Origin: Octopus sinensis
Lineage: Eukaryota
Direction of reading: 5' to 3'
Assembly (NCBI RefSeq): GCF_006345805.1
Contig: NC_043009.1
Coordinates: forward strand, 37,510,001-37,574,000
Length of the DNA stretch: 64,000 bases
Below are positions 62,768 to 64,000 of this stretch, one piece after another (position 1 is the stretch's first letter; each line of letters begins with the position of its first letter). Both the position numbers and the translations under genes were made by a program. The notes below the pieces were generated by a model. It saw only the letters and a list, made by a program, of their open reading frames with translations. It did no database searches and had not been told where the DNA came from.

Positions 62768-63754
62768 CTGTTAGGATTATAAACAAGATAATGGAAATTT
62801 TTTTAAATTACTGCTGACACTGTGTTATACGGACCACTATCGTTACATCTACTATTACAGCTACTGCGATTTTTAGAATGAGATGATCAGGCAGAACTGT
62901 TTGGACACTGACCATCTTGCACGGCTGACTGGACATTCAGCCAGTTTTGGCACTGGATGTAAGCACACAGACTCATAAATATGTGCATACAGAGAGACAG
63001 AGCAAGAAAGAGAGAGTGATTATAATTTATCAATTGAACATGACTGACATAAACACTTTCCCTTTATTCATTCATGTAAAGAGAGAACAAGAGAAACAGT
63101 AAAATGTCTGTTGTCAAATAAGTCAGCATTGAATCAGTGATTGAAACAGTTGGGTTAAAACATCTCATAAACTGTTATTACTACTAATGCTGCTGCAACT
63201 AAAACCATCACTACTACTCCTACTGCTGCTGCTACTACTACTACTACTACTACAAGTCAATGCAAAATCTTCCATGTGGTCATTCAACAGCTAGAAATAC
63301 CTGCCAAATCTACTTCAAATCACATCCTATTGTCTGGAGAAAAAAATACACATGGAGTGGTCGTACCTGGAATACTTTTGATTATAAGTTCAAAAGAACA
63401 AAATGAATCTGAGGGTAAGCAACAACTACTGCTACTACTACCACTACTACATTTACTTATTCTCATCATTATCATTTTAACATCCATTTTTCTATGTCTG
63501 CATGGGTCAGATGGAATTTGTGGAGGCAGATTTTATACAACCAGATGCCCTTTTTGTCACCAACTTTCACCACTTTCCAAATAAGGTAATTACACCCCAT
63601 GACCAAAATGTTTCCATGGAAATGATACAACATGTATTGACACTTGTTTACAACTATCAAGTGATGTCAAGCTAAGGAGACACTAACATTTTTACACACA
63701 TACAAACATACATATACGCAAACACAAGCACATGACAGGCTTCTTTTAGTTTCT

Positions 63755-63985
63755 TATTTCTTTACTGCCCACAAGGAGCTACACACAGAGGGGACAAACA
63801 AGGACAGACAAACGGATTAAGTCAATTACATTGACCCCAGTGTGTAACTGGTACTTATTTAATTGACCCCGAAAGGACGAAAGGCAAAGTCAACCTCAGC
63901 AGAATTTGAACTCAGAACGTAGCATCAGACGAAATACCGCTAAGCATTTCGCCCAGCATGCTAACATTTCTGCCAGCTCGCCGCC
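63755..63985 (-). mobile_element. tRNA-derived SINE (family A) with ~11-bp TSD
   Basis: ttttagtttct / tttcagtttct flanks. Confidence 0.9.
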
Positions 63986-64000
63986 TTTCAGTTTCTATCT

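Noticed and set aside
62768-64000. Next upstream SPATA5 coding exon (expected ..GRFDKEIEIGVP..)
   Set aside because: No matching translation found; it probably lies beyond the window.

Overview
AT-rich, repeat-dense eukaryotic window. The SINE, RTE and microsatellite repertoire looks like a cephalopod (Octopus-type) genome; this is an inference. Host genes, both on the minus strand: the last 7 coding exons of SPATA5/AFG2A (62767 to 49867, phases consistent) and a Tim8/TIMM8A gene with an intronless CDS (41733 to 41467) and a probable 4.1-kb 5'UTR intron. An intact 288-aa pogo/Tigger-derived ORF (35791 to 34925) keeps the CENP-B-type DNA-binding HTHs and the C-terminus but has lost the whole DDE domain. 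It has no visible TIRs and has candidate splice signals, so it may be a domesticated gene or a repressor. The rest is nested mobile DNA: a Tx1/L1-like LINE interrupted by a full-length mariner; an adjacent ORF1-only (HAL1-like) element whose 3' end matches a SINE tail; a 5'-truncated RTE with an open RT frame and many RTE 3' tails; Helitron-, Merlin-, hAT-, mariner- and Tigger-type non-autonomous elements; several tRNA-derived SINE families; and many micro- and minisatellites. The most notable oddities are the DDE-less CENP-B-like ORF, a G3-C8-swapped minimal hammerhead-like fold inside a 72-bp perfect inverted repeat (plus other hammerhead-like motifs), and a 20-copy array of a SINE B-box segment. 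No prokaryotic systems, CRISPR arrays, rRNA or true tRNA genes were seen.
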